A DNA stretch of 64,000 nucleotides. It comes from Bdellovibrionales bacterium. GTDB lineage: Bacteria > Bdellovibrionota > Bdellovibrionia > Bdellovibrionales > UBA1609. The notes beneath the pieces were generated by a model that was given only the letters and a program-made list of their open reading frames with translations, had not been told where the DNA came from and made no database searches. Within the stretch, counting starts at the first letter, position 1, and each line of letters opens with the position of its first letter. The translations under genes and the position numbers were made by a program. The stretch spans positions 81,641 to 145,640 of the forward strand of contig JAAOIH010000001.1 of NCBI GenBank assembly GCA_015163875.1, given 5' to 3'. Shown one piece after another: positions 1-9,559 of the stretch.

Positions 1-2715
1 ATTATAAAAAAATTCTTGCACATTAAATTTAGATCTAAGTTCTAATAATTTATAAGTATATTCTCTAAGTTTCTTTTTAATAGAGGAGTAAAGTTTTAAT
101 CTGTATTCATTTTCGTCTTTGCCTGATAAAGAATTGTTTTGTATAAATTCAAAATTTCTTATTTCTAGTAATGAAAGTTTTGTTTCTTTTTTAATTAGTT
201 CGTTATAACAAATAATAAATTTTTTAAAATTTGTTGAATTTAATGCACAATTTTCTTCTTCTAGTGTGTGTCCATTTTTGCTAAAAAATCTAGCAATATT
301 ACGCATCTTATCCTGAAGATTTGCCAAAACATAATCCACACCAACTTGGCGAATACTCATTGTAGTACCTCCTGCCAACCCGATTACAGTACCAGTCCAA
401 AAAATTTGCTTTATATGGTCTGATAAAAAAGATTGTGTTTTGCTAAGAGCATCGGCGCTTTCTTTAGGAAAGCTAGAATAAGATTTTTGCACAAACAATG
501 TTCTTTTATTAACGCCCTGTTTTAAATATTTTATTTCTTCAACAAGCTCTTTTAAAAATACTTTTCTAAAGGCTCTGTTTGGAGGATAAATATTAGAATT
601 TTTTAATGTTTCTTTGATACTATTTAGAGCATTAGTTTGAGTTGAGTTTAATTTTTGTGTTTTTTTAAGTAGGTTTAATTTACTTTCTATAATTTGTAGT
701 TTTCTAATATTACTAGCCTGCGATAATTGCTCTAAATAAAGTTGTTTTTTTTGAAATAAATCATCAACAGCTTTTGAAGGCAAATAATTTGATCTTATTT
801 TTAGCTCAGAAATAAAAGATTTATACTCATTATATGAGTTAATAGTAATTTTATCTGTATTTAAAAGTTTTCCATTTTTGGCAGTTGGCCAATTATTAAT
901 GCTTACTTTTTTATTATTGTTAAAGTGCTTTGATTTAATTTTTATTGCTTTTAATTTTTTTAATCTCGCCGTAGCCTCTAAGCCCTGTGTTATTATTTTG
1001 TCAATATTTGCTTTATAAAGATTAGATTTAGAAATTAATTTTTTTATATAAATTATACTAGATTTAGATTTTTTAGATAAATTTTTTGTTCCGGCATTTT
1101 TTAAAAATAATAATGTACTTACAAAATCATTATTTTTTAAATAACGAGCTGGAGTTATATAGTTTTGATTAATTCTTGAAAAAAAGTCATTAGACTTTTT
1201 ACTAATAACTTCTGCATTTGTAATTTTTAAATTTTTTAATCTGTTATGCTTTGCCCAAAAAAATTGTTTAAATGGTTTTATTTTTAATTGCTTAATTAAA
1301 GAGTTATAATAAGGCCACCATTTTGACGGACTGCTTATTTTTGTATTTAAAAAATTAGAAGTAGCATTTGCCTGACTTGTTTTAAATTTAGAGCTTACTT
1401 TTTTAATTTTTCTAGATCTTGAAATATTAGTTAGTTTTGCCATTAATGCAGGAAACAACAACAGCCCACCCTCTAAATAAATTAAATCCTGATTTTTTTT
1501 TAAATTTTTTAAATTTTTTAAACTTGATTTAGAGCTGTATTTATTTATGTCATATATGTTTTTATTAGATAAATTAACCCTCCAGTTATCGTATGTTTCT
1601 TTAGCAAATAATGCAGTACTTGTTGCCCCAGAAATAGCTAGTGTTTTTGACCCTATCCACCCAAAAAGTCTTGCAATAATGCTGACACCAGCTATGCCAA
1701 GTCCAGAGTATGACTTCCATGTAGCTTGTATATTTTTTTTAGGCTCTGTACTTTTTAAGTAACAGTAGGCCGCCAAATCTTCTGTAATTACAGGGTCTGC
1801 AAAAATTGCCTTTGCGCTATGTTTTAAAATAGTTTCCTCAACTGTAAAAACATTATGATGTAAATTAGTAATATTTTTTTTACAAATATTTTTTGTAAGT
1901 TTTTGCAAATCAACAATTGAAGATTTTAATTTTTTATCAAGAAGCTTGTAAGTGTTTTTTGTAAAAATAGATTTATTTTTTGTCAGGGCCACCCCAAGCT
2001 TTGTTAATTCTGGCCTTAGATAATGATTAAGCTTTATAGACCACCTTGATTTTAAATTAACTAAAATACTATTAATAGGATTAGCCGCAATGCTGTTGTA
2101 AATTTTTTTTAAAGCCTGTTTGTCATTTTTTAAAATTAAAGATTCGTATAAAATAGATATTTTTTTTAACTCTGTTAAAAGATTTCTTTTTTTGTCCAAG
2201 CTTAAAAAAGCATGAGATTGTTTAATTGATACACTTGGATATTGCTTGGCAATACAAGAATTTAATTCTTTATTTTTAGGGACATGTTTTAAAAATTGTG
2301 AAAATGTCTTTATATTTTCTAACAACTTAACAACATTATGCTCGGATAATTCTTTTTTAAAAATTTTTGTAGAATTAAAAATAGAAAAAGGCGAAAACAA
2401 AGATGTTCTGTCTAGCAAGTTTTGTATTGTATAGTCTGAAGTAGAATTAGGATTATATTTTTGTAATGATTTTTTTGTAAAAATAACCAGATTAGAGTAT
2501 TTTTTTTTAATAGCCTGTCTGTAAGACGGGTCCATCATATATGTTTGTAGCTGACATAAATGAGAATAAAACTCATATTTTTTGTCAATATTTTGGTCAC
2601 TATTAACAAGGCTATTACTATTGCCTATTGCCATAAGGGGAGATGTAAAAAATATACTAAGGTACCATAATATAAGAAGTTTTTTCTTATTTGCCCTAAA
2701 AAATAAACCTAACAT
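1..2715 (-). CDS. large hypothetical exported/membrane-associated protein; C-terminal part cut by the window edge (at least 905 aa)
   Basis: Read by hand on the reverse complement. ATG at 2715-2713, then an uninterrupted frame down to base 1 (2715 nt = exactly 905 codons). The N-terminus MLGLFFRANKKKLLILWYLSIFFTSPLMAIGNS looks like a signal peptide. There are two internal hydrophobic G/A/S/T-rich stretches (GLGIAGVSIIARLFGWIGSKTLAISGATSTALFA; IFWTGTVIGLAGGTTMSI). It is absent from the ORF track because it has no stop inside the window. No family recognised. Confidence 0.6.
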   Translation of the reverse strand, partial: MLGLFFRANKKKLLILWYLSIFFTSPLMAIGNSNSLVNSDQNIDKKYEFYSHLCQLQTYMMDPSYRQAIKKKYSNLVIFTKKSLQKYNPNSTSDYTIQNLLDRTSLFSPFSIFNSTKIFKKELSEHNVVKLLENIKTFSQFLKHVPKNKELNSCIAKQYPSVSIKQSHAFLSLDKKRNLLTELKKISILYESLILKNDKQALKKIYNSIAANPINSILVNLKSRWSIKLNHYLRPELTKLGVALTKNKSIFTKNTYKLLDKKLKSSIVDLQKLTKNICKKNITNLHHNVFTVEETILKHSAKAIFADPVITEDLAAYCYLKSTEPKKNIQATWKSYSGLGIAGVSIIARLFGWIGSKTLAISGATSTALFAKETYDNWRVNLSNKNIYDINKYSSKSSLKNLKNLKKNQDLIYLEGGLLLFPALMAKLTNISRSRKIKKVSSKFKTSQANATSNFLNTKISSPSKWWPYYNSLIKQLKIKPFKQFFWAKHNRLKNLKITNAEVISKKSNDFFSRINQNYITPARYLKNNDFVSTLLFLKNAGTKNLSKKSKSSIIYIKKLISKSNLYKANIDKIITQGLEATARLKKLKAIKIKSKHFNNNKKVSINNWPTAKNGKLLNTDKITINSYNEYKSFISELKIRSNYLPSKAVDDLFQKKQLYLEQLSQASNIRKLQIIESKLNLLKKTQKLNSTQTNALNSIKETLKNSNIYPPNRAFRKVFLKELVEEIKYLKQGVNKRTLFVQKSYSSFPKESADALSKTQSFLSDHIKQIFWTGTVIGLAGGTTMSIRQVGVDYVLANLQDKMRNIARFFSKNGHTLEEENCALNSTNFKKFIICYNELIKKETKLSLLEIRNFEFIQNNSLSGKDENEYRLKLYSSIKKKLREYTYKLLELRSKFNVQEFFYN

Positions 2716-2880
2716 AGAACCCCTAAATTTATCTAATTAATTAATATTATTATGTTTATGCAAAAACCCCTCCAAATGATGATATTTGTGACTTTGTTGC
2801 TCATTTTGAGACAGTTTTTTTTTAAGCTTCGTCCTGTTTTATAAATAATCTACCGATAGAGTTTTTATCAAAGGGGATAT

Positions 2881-3171
2881 ATGTATTTGCAGGGAAATTT
2901 AGAATTACTATTTAATGCTTTAGATTCTATGAGGTGTATTGACGAAGTACTGCAAATGGACTGGAAGTTATTTTTGCACAAAGCAAAACCTCACAAGCCT
3001 GAGTGCGATAAAGCTGTAAACATAATTAATAGTTGTGATTCTGACCCAATAAAACTTAAAAAAGCATTGTCTACTTTTCCATCTTTAGTTTTAAAATATT
3101 TAGCAATAGAGGTGGGGCTAGAAATGTTAGAGTGCGAAAGATATAAAAACAACCATGCGATTGTTCATTAA
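2881..3171 (+). CDS. small hypothetical protein (96 aa, four Cys, no signal peptide)
   Basis: ORF with a strong SD-like AGGGG about 6 nt upstream of the ATG. It ends 22 nt before the ATPase gene, so it is probably co-transcribed. No recognisable motif. Confidence 0.45.
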   Translation: MYLQGNLELLFNALDSMRCIDEVLQMDWKLFLHKAKPHKPECDKAVNIINSCDSDPIKLKKALSTFPSLVLKYLAIEVGLEMLECERYKNNHAIVH

Positions 3172-3192
3172 TTTTTTAACAAGAAGGTTTAA

Positions 3193-4299
3193 GTGTCTGA
3201 AAATAATATTTTTGAAAATACTTTAAAAAATTTTTTATCTCCAATTGTTGATCTTTTAGAAGACGAAAGTGTTAGTGAAATTATGATTAACGGTCATGAT
3301 AAAATTTGGGTAGAAAAATCTGGTAAAATAATAAAAACAGAAAAAAAATTTGCAGACGAAGATTCTCTTAGGGCGGCTGTAAATAATATTGCACAAAGTG
3401 TTGGTAGAAAAATTAATGACAAAGAGCCAAGGCTAGACGCAAGACTTCCAAATGGATACCGAATTCATGTTGTTATTCCTCCATGTGCAAGAAACGGAAC
3501 AACAGTTTCGATTCGTAAATTTTTTTCAACAAGCATGACGCTTAAAGATTATATTGGACTTAACGCAATGACCGTGGAGGTTGCTCAATTTTTAGATATC
3601 GCAATGAAACTTGGAAAAAATATTTTAGTTAGTGGTGGAACTGGGTCTGGAAAAACAACTTTATTAGGAGTGTTGTGTGAAAGAGTTCCAAAAGGACAAA
3701 GAATTATTGTTATCGAAGATTCCACAGAATTAAGTATTGAATATGAGCATGTTGTTTTTTTTGAAACACGAATAGAAAATGAAGAGGGAGAATTAGAAGT
3801 TAGCATAGAGGATTTATTAAAAAGTAGTTTGCGATTAAGACCAGACAGAATTATAGTCGGCGAAGTTAGGGGGTCTGAAGCTTTTCATTTAGTTCAAGCA
3901 ATGAACACTGGACACAAAGGTTGTCTTGGGACAGTTCATGCAAATACAGCAATAGATGCGATGGTCAGATTAGAGGCATTGTCCCAAGGTGCGGGTGCTA
4001 AAATTAGTGAAAAAGCTTTGCGTCACCAAGTTGCATCTGCCGTTGATTTAGTTGTTCAGGTTTCTAGACTTTCTGACGGGTCTCGTAAGCTTGTAGAGGT
4101 GTCTGAGGTTCTGGGGTTTACCCAAGACAACGACTACAACATAAAACAACTTTATACTTTGCAAGATTTCAATAGAGATCAAGAAGGTAAGATTTTAGGA
4201 CAAATTGAGCCTACAGGGCAAGAGCCATCTTTTATGAAAGAAATTAAGGACTTAGGAATTCAATTTAAGTCTAAAAAAGTATTAAAAAAAGCCGCTTAA
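3193..4299 (+). CDS. CpaF/TadA/VirB11-family secretion ATPase (type II/IV secretion NTPase)
   Basis: Walker A VSGGTGSGKTTLLGVL, Asp box RIIVIEDSTEL, Walker B RPDRIIVGEVRGSEA, His box GCLGTVHANTA. The N-terminal SVSEIMINGHDKIWVEKSGK is typical of the family. GTG start with GAAGG 5 nt upstream. Confidence 0.85.
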   Translation: MSENNIFENTLKNFLSPIVDLLEDESVSEIMINGHDKIWVEKSGKIIKTEKKFADEDSLRAAVNNIAQSVGRKINDKEPRLDARLPNGYRIHVVIPPCARNGTTVSIRKFFSTSMTLKDYIGLNAMTVEVAQFLDIAMKLGKNILVSGGTGSGKTTLLGVLCERVPKGQRIIVIEDSTELSIEYEHVVFFETRIENEEGELEVSIEDLLKSSLRLRPDRIIVGEVRGSEAFHLVQAMNTGHKGCLGTVHANTAIDAMVRLEALSQGAGAKISEKALRHQVASAVDLVVQVSRLSDGSRKLVEVSEVLGFTQDNDYNIKQLYTLQDFNRDQEGKILGQIEPTGQEPSFMKEIKDLGIQFKSKKVLKKAA

Positions 4300-4359
4300 A
4301 TTTTTTATTTTTGCGGAGTTTATCTTGAGTTTTTTAGTCTTTGCCTTTACAAAGAACCT

Positions 4360-5160
4360 GTGGAAACAAGTTCTAGGGTCACTAAATCTCTTTTTTATTT
4401 TTTAGAACAAAAGCAAATTTCTTTGCTTCCAAAAGATATTGAAATTAATAAAAACTTGCCACTAAGCTGGATTAATACCAAAAACACTTCTTTATATATT
4501 AAACAGGCAGAAAAAGAATATTTAAAAGTTTTTCCAAATTCTTTTTTTTATCAAGATTGGGCAGAGGCATCTTTTTCTTTAAGAGCATGGGACGGGCTTG
4601 GAAGTGTGTTGCGAATTATGCCAATGCCAGATCCAGAGCGACTGGCTTATTTTTTAGCACAATTTTTTTCTTATTTTATATCACCTCAAATTGAAGTAAA
4701 AAGTTTATCTTTAGGCGAAAAGTCAGAGTTTAAAACTTTTATATCAGAAAAAAGTTTTCCAGAAATTGCAAAGTATCTTAGTGCCTGTATTACTTATATC
4801 CCGTGTTTTAATAAAAATAGTAATGTTAGTTGTACTTGGGAGGGGGATATTTTACGGGTTAACTTTTTTAATCAACAGCCAAGTATTTTTGATAACCAAA
4901 TATCTAAAACACATATTACTCCAGAGCTAATGAATTCTTTGTTAGAGGATTTTAAGAAAAAAGAAGAACTGCTAATTATTCGCGAAAAAGATTTATTAAA
5001 ACAAGAAAAAAATTTAAAAAAACAAGAAAAACTTTTGCAAAACAATTTGCTAAGCTCTTTTAGTAAATTATTTAATTTATCTAAAAATGTTAAAACAAAT
5101 AGTAAAAAAATTATAAATACTAAAAACAGCATCGAACAATTTAGCTTTGACTTAGATTAA
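4360..5160 (+). CDS. hypothetical protein with C-terminal K/E-rich coiled-coil
   Basis: 266-codon ORF on the same strand directly after the ATPase gene. GTG start without a clear SD, so the start is uncertain. C-terminal KKKEELLIIREKDLLKQEKNLKKQEKLLQNN is a heptad-like segment. No family recognised. Confidence 0.5.
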   Translation: METSSRVTKSLFYFLEQKQISLLPKDIEINKNLPLSWINTKNTSLYIKQAEKEYLKVFPNSFFYQDWAEASFSLRAWDGLGSVLRIMPMPDPERLAYFLAQFFSYFISPQIEVKSLSLGEKSEFKTFISEKSFPEIAKYLSACITYIPCFNKNSNVSCTWEGDILRVNFFNQQPSIFDNQISKTHITPELMNSLLEDFKKKEELLIIREKDLLKQEKNLKKQEKLLQNNLLSSFSKLFNLSKNVKTNSKKIINTKNSIEQFSFDLD

Positions 5161-5190
5161 AACTAAAACAAAATATTTTGGAAGTTAATA

Positions 5191-6459
5191 ATGAAAATTA
5201 AAAAAATTATAGCAAGAGAAATACTAGACAGCAGGGGACAGCCAACTATAGAAGTAGATATTTTATTAAATTCAGGCGACATGGGCAGGGCAGCTGTGCC
5301 ATCTGGAGCATCTACCGGAAGCTTTGAGGCCTGCGAATTGCGAGACAACAACAATCTTTATTTTTTTGGCAAAGGTGTTTTAAATGCAGTAAATAATGTT
5401 AACACAGAAATTGCACAAGCAATTGAGCAAAAAAGTTTTTCTGATGTTAACGAGCTAGATAAAGTATTAATTAATTTAGACTCTACAAAAAATAAATCAC
5501 GACTTGGGGCAAATGCTATTTTGGGCACTTCTTTAGCATGGATAAAAGCAATGGCAACTTATAATAAAGAGCCGCTTTATAAATTTATTAATAAATCTGA
5601 AAAATATTTTTTACCCACACCCTTAATTAATGTTTTAAACGGAGGTGCACATAGTAATAATAATTTAAATGTACAAGAGTTTATGTTAGTTCCAGTTTGT
5701 GGAGGCTCTTTTAAAGAATCTGTTCGTGCTGGTAGTGAAATTTTTATGCATTTAAAAAATATTTTAAATAAAAAATCTTTGTCCACCGCCGTTGGCGACG
5801 AGGGGGGATTTGCACCAGAACTACAAAGTAACTCAGAGGCATTGGACTTACTTTGCAGCGCTGTAGATAAATCTTCTTATAAATTAGGAGAAGATATTTT
5901 TTTAGCACTTGATGTTGCGGCAAGCGAATTTTATAATAAAAATTCTTTATATAATTGGGAATCAAAATCTATATGTTCAGAAGAGCTTGGACAAATTTAT
6001 AAAAATTGGTTAAAAAAATATCCAATCATTAGCTTTGAAGATCCGTTTGAAGAAGAAGACTGGCCGGCATGGTCTGCATTTACAAAGACAACCGATGTTC
6101 AAGTTGTTGGCGATGATTTATTTGTTACTAATTGTCAAAGATTACAAAGAGGATTAAAAGAGCAATCAGCAAATGCATTATTAGTAAAAATGAATCAAAT
6201 AGGAAGCATTTCTGAAACAAAAGACGCAATAACATTGGCAAAAAAAGGAAAAATGAAAAATGTTATTTCTCACAGAAGTGGAGAAACAGAAGACAGCAGC
6301 ATTGCAGATTTATCTATAGCATTTTGCTGCGAACAAATTAAAACAGGAAGCGTTTGCAGGGGAGAAAGAACCAGCAAATACAATCAATTATTTAGAATAG
6401 AAGAAGAGCTTGGCAAAAAGGCAGAATTTTTAGGAAAAAGTGCATTTGTACAAAATTAA
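5191..6459 (+). CDS. eno: enolase (phosphopyruvate hydratase)
   Basis: ILDSRGQPTIEVD, SHRSGETEDSSIADL, KMNQIGSISET and KTGSVCRGERTSKYNQLFRIEEELG are canonical enolase motifs. 422 aa. Confidence 0.97.
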   Translation: MKIKKIIAREILDSRGQPTIEVDILLNSGDMGRAAVPSGASTGSFEACELRDNNNLYFFGKGVLNAVNNVNTEIAQAIEQKSFSDVNELDKVLINLDSTKNKSRLGANAILGTSLAWIKAMATYNKEPLYKFINKSEKYFLPTPLINVLNGGAHSNNNLNVQEFMLVPVCGGSFKESVRAGSEIFMHLKNILNKKSLSTAVGDEGGFAPELQSNSEALDLLCSAVDKSSYKLGEDIFLALDVAASEFYNKNSLYNWESKSICSEELGQIYKNWLKKYPIISFEDPFEEEDWPAWSAFTKTTDVQVVGDDLFVTNCQRLQRGLKEQSANALLVKMNQIGSISETKDAITLAKKGKMKNVISHRSGETEDSSIADLSIAFCCEQIKTGSVCRGERTSKYNQLFRIEEELGKKAEFLGKSAFVQN

Positions 6460-6465
6460 TAAAAT

Positions 6466-6816
6466 ATGATTTTTCTTTTTAAAAAAATAATTTTTTTGTT
6501 CGACCAATTAATGATGAGGCCTTTTAAGGTTTTTATTATTGTTTTTTTACTTTTATTTTTTAACTTACTTTTTGATGAAAGCTTATTTAAAGTTAGCAGT
6601 CTGTACCACAGATTAAATTTTTTAAAAAAAGAAGTATCAGTTTTAAAAACAAAAATTAAAAATATAGATATAGCACAAACTAATTTAAAAAATCCAAAGT
6701 ATATAGAATTCTTAGTTAAAGATAAATTAAATTGGTCCAAAGAAAAAGAATTATTATTTTTATTTATTGAGCCAAAGCCTAATAAAAATTTAAAAAAAGA
6801 AAATAATGAAAAATAA
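6466..6816 (+). CDS. ftsB: FtsB/DivIC-like septum formation initiator
   Basis: Single N-terminal TM (FKVFIIVFLLLFFNLLF), then a coiled-coil and a KYIEFLVKDKLNWSKEKE tail resembling the FtsB family. It sits in the conserved eno-ftsB position. The true start may be the in-frame ATG at 6511. Confidence 0.6.
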   Translation: MIFLFKKIIFLFDQLMMRPFKVFIIVFLLLFFNLLFDESLFKVSSLYHRLNFLKKEVSVLKTKIKNIDIAQTNLKNPKYIEFLVKDKLNWSKEKELLFLFIEPKPNKNLKKENNEK

Positions 6817-9559
6817 AAAAACCCTTTATTTAGTCGATGTTAGCGCAATTGTATTTAGATCTTTTTACGCCCTACCTCCCATGCAAAATAAAGAGGGGCA
6901 GGCAACCAATGCGTTATTTGGATTTTTAAAAGTAGTTTTAAAATTACTAAAAACTAAAAATCCAGATTCAATAGTTTTTTGTTTTGATACACCTCACCCA
7001 AGTTTTAGAAAAAAAATATATCCAGAGTATAAAGCAAACAGGCAAGAACTAGATCCAGACTTAGCAGAACAATTACCATTTGTAGAAGGACTAACAAAAT
7101 CACTTGGTATATGTGTAGCGGCTAAAAAAGGTTTTGAGGCCGATGATGTTATAGGATCACTTGCAAAACTTGGTGAAAAAAAAAGTTACTCAGTAGTAAT
7201 AGTAAGCGGCGATAAAGATTTTGCACAATTAATTAATAAAAATATTTGCATGTACGACATACATCGCGAAATAACATACGACAATAAATTAGTTTTTGAA
7301 AAATGGGGAGTTAATCCAGAACAAATGATTGATTATTTGGCATTAGTTGGCGACAGCAGTGATAATATCCCAGGCGTAAGGGGCATTGGGCCAAAGGGTG
7401 CATCAAAATTATTATCAGAATTTAAAACTTTAAAAAATATTTATACAAATATAAATAAAGTTTCGTCTGATAATATTAAAAATAAATTATTAGATGCAAA
7501 AAAATTAGCATTTTTGTCTCAAACTTTAGCAAGCATTGAACTTAAAATGGACTCAATTCCAGCAGAGAAAGAATGGGGGCTGCAATCTATTAACGAAAAA
7601 GATTTTAAATCTTACACAGATAAATTTGCATTTAAAAATACTTATTCATCATTTATAGATTGGCAGTCTCAAGATAACAAAGATAATTTTGAAGAAAAAA
7701 GTGTTTTATCACCTGGAGGAGAGCAGGGTTTTAAATTAATTGATAAAAAATCCAAAAAAACAAAAACTTTATCAAAAAAAGAACAAAGCAGCCCAACAGT
7801 TGATCAGCAATTTTTAGCTTTTTCTAAATCGTCTTTAAAAGATTCTGATATTAAAAATGAATTAAAAAAAATTAGCTTACCCACAAAAATAAAAAAAGTT
7901 TCTTTAAAAGAATTAAAAGATATTTTGCCTCCATACGAAAAGGCATGGGTATTTTGTCACGAATCTAACTTGTTTATTTTTTTTGGAAAACTTTTTTTAA
8001 AAATTCCATTTTCATCAGCAGACAGTGGACAGTTAGATTTTACTTTAGAAGCATCTGATAGTCTTTTTGACATCGGGTCTGTGTTAGAAGACAAAAAAAT
8101 TGGATTTAAATCATACGATATTAAAAATTTATGGAGACAGCTAGGATTTAAAAAAGCAGGCATCGCAATATGGGACAATCAATTAGCAGCGCATGTTAGC
8201 ACATCAAACAATATTAAATCATGGGAGTCTTTATGTTTTAAATATCTAGAACAAGATATTAGTCCTAAAAAAGACTCTGACACAAAAACCTCTGCTTTTG
8301 ATATTTTAAAATTACATCTTGAATGTAAAATTTTGTTTTCTCATTTTTTAAAATTGTCTAACACAGAAAGTATTTTTTCTACAATCGAACTACCTTTAAT
8401 TTCTGTATTATATGATATGGAAAACAGAGGAATATTAATTGATAAAAAGTTTTTGCTAAAACAAGAAACAGAATTAAACAAAGGCATTAGCGAGCTAACA
8501 AAAAATATTTACAAAGAAGCTGGCGAAGAATTTAATATTGCAAGCCCAAAACAATTAGGGGTTATTTTATTTGAAAAACTGTCATTGCCAGTTGGTAAAA
8601 AAACAAAAACTTTATATAGTACAGCCTCTACAGTATTAGAATCTTTAAAAAAACATAAAATAATAAAATATATTTTAGAATTTAGAGAACTAAGTAAATT
8701 ACAATCAACCTATGTTACGGGACTTATAAAAAGATTAGACAACAAATCTTATTTACACACACAGTTTAATCAATCTGTAACTAGTACGGGAAGGCTATCT
8801 AGCTCTAACCCTAATTTACAAAATATTCCTATTAAAACTACTCGCGGAAAATTACTTAGAAAAGCATTTGTTGCAAGATCTGGTTACGAATTTATTGCAG
8901 CAGATTATAGCCAAATTGAATTGCGTATATTGGCGCATTTGTCAGAAGATAAAAATTTATGCAAAGCATTTAATAACAACGAAGATGTTCATTCTTTTAC
9001 TGCCTCACAAATTTTTAACACTCCATTAAAAAAAGTAAATTTAGAGCAAAGGCGAACGGCAAAGACTGTAAACTTTGGTATCTCTTATGGCCAGGGAGTT
9101 TTTGGATTATCAGACAGCCTTGGAGTTTCTCGCACAGAGGCCAGTAGTATTATTAAAAATTATCACAGTAAGTTTCCACTTGTGCAAGAGTATATGGAAA
9201 GTGTAAAAGAGCAGGCACATAAAAATTATTATGTACAAACACTTTTAGGAAGAAAAAGATATTTACCAGACTTGCTATCTAGCAAAGTTAGTATACAAAA
9301 ATTTGGCGAAAGAGCCGCAATTAATGCCCCCATGCAAGGCACAGCAAGTGATCTAATTAAATTGTCTATGAAAAAAGTAGCCAATAATTTAGAGGCATTT
9401 TTATTATTACAAGTTCATGACGAACTAATTATAGAAAGCTTAGTTGAGAATCGCGAAGACAATATTATAGAATTAAAAAATATTATGGAGTCAGTAATAA
9501 AATTACGAGTTCCGTTAAAAGTTAATATTTCTAATGGATTTAATTGGATGGAATGCTAA
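6806..9559 (+). CDS. polA: DNA polymerase I
   Basis: 5-prime nuclease motifs GFEADDVIGSLA and LVGDSSDNIPGVRGIGPKGA. Polymerase motif A DYSQIELRILAHLS, motif B RRTAKTVNFGISYG, motif C LLLQVHDELI. Confidence 0.95.
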   Translation: MKNKKTLYLVDVSAIVFRSFYALPPMQNKEGQATNALFGFLKVVLKLLKTKNPDSIVFCFDTPHPSFRKKIYPEYKANRQELDPDLAEQLPFVEGLTKSLGICVAAKKGFEADDVIGSLAKLGEKKSYSVVIVSGDKDFAQLINKNICMYDIHREITYDNKLVFEKWGVNPEQMIDYLALVGDSSDNIPGVRGIGPKGASKLLSEFKTLKNIYTNINKVSSDNIKNKLLDAKKLAFLSQTLASIELKMDSIPAEKEWGLQSINEKDFKSYTDKFAFKNTYSSFIDWQSQDNKDNFEEKSVLSPGGEQGFKLIDKKSKKTKTLSKKEQSSPTVDQQFLAFSKSSLKDSDIKNELKKISLPTKIKKVSLKELKDILPPYEKAWVFCHESNLFIFFGKLFLKIPFSSADSGQLDFTLEASDSLFDIGSVLEDKKIGFKSYDIKNLWRQLGFKKAGIAIWDNQLAAHVSTSNNIKSWESLCFKYLEQDISPKKDSDTKTSAFDILKLHLECKILFSHFLKLSNTESIFSTIELPLISVLYDMENRGILIDKKFLLKQETELNKGISELTKNIYKEAGEEFNIASPKQLGVILFEKLSLPVGKKTKTLYSTASTVLESLKKHKIIKYILEFRELSKLQSTYVTGLIKRLDNKSYLHTQFNQSVTSTGRLSSSNPNLQNIPIKTTRGKLLRKAFVARSGYEFIAADYSQIELRILAHLSEDKNLCKAFNNNEDVHSFTASQIFNTPLKKVNLEQRRTAKTVNFGISYGQGVFGLSDSLGVSRTEASSIIKNYHSKFPLVQEYMESVKEQAHKNYYVQTLLGRKRYLPDLLSSKVSIQKFGERAAINAPMQGTASDLIKLSMKKVANNLEAFLLLQVHDELIIESLVENREDNIIELKNIMESVIKLRVPLKVNISNGFNWMEC

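Noticed and set aside
1547-2434. Plus-strand track ORFs 1547-1762 and 2246-2434
   Set aside because: They are antisense to the ORF of at least 905 codons on the minus strand, which explains the whole 2.7 kb.
2781-2805. Sigma-54-like promoter (tgtgactttgttgct), and a search for a PilR-dependent GG-N10-GC promoter elsewhere
   Set aside because: The GG dinucleotide is absent and the spacing is one base off. No convincing -24/-12 element was seen after pilR or upstream of the ABC genes.
2803-2815. The 13-mer attttgagacagt is shared between the upstream region of the large exported protein (2803-2815) and that of the HExxH protein (16986-16998). Both genes are on the minus strand and both products have signal peptides.
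   Set aside because: This looks tempting as a shared regulatory box. However, a single exact 13-mer match between two sites is expected by chance many times over in 64 kb of AT-rich DNA, and the distances to the two start codons differ (about 90 nt versus about 40 nt).
4290-4330. Possible terminator after the CpaF-like gene (gccgc ... gcgg)
   Set aside because: The stem is only 4-5 bp with a long AT loop, too weak to call.
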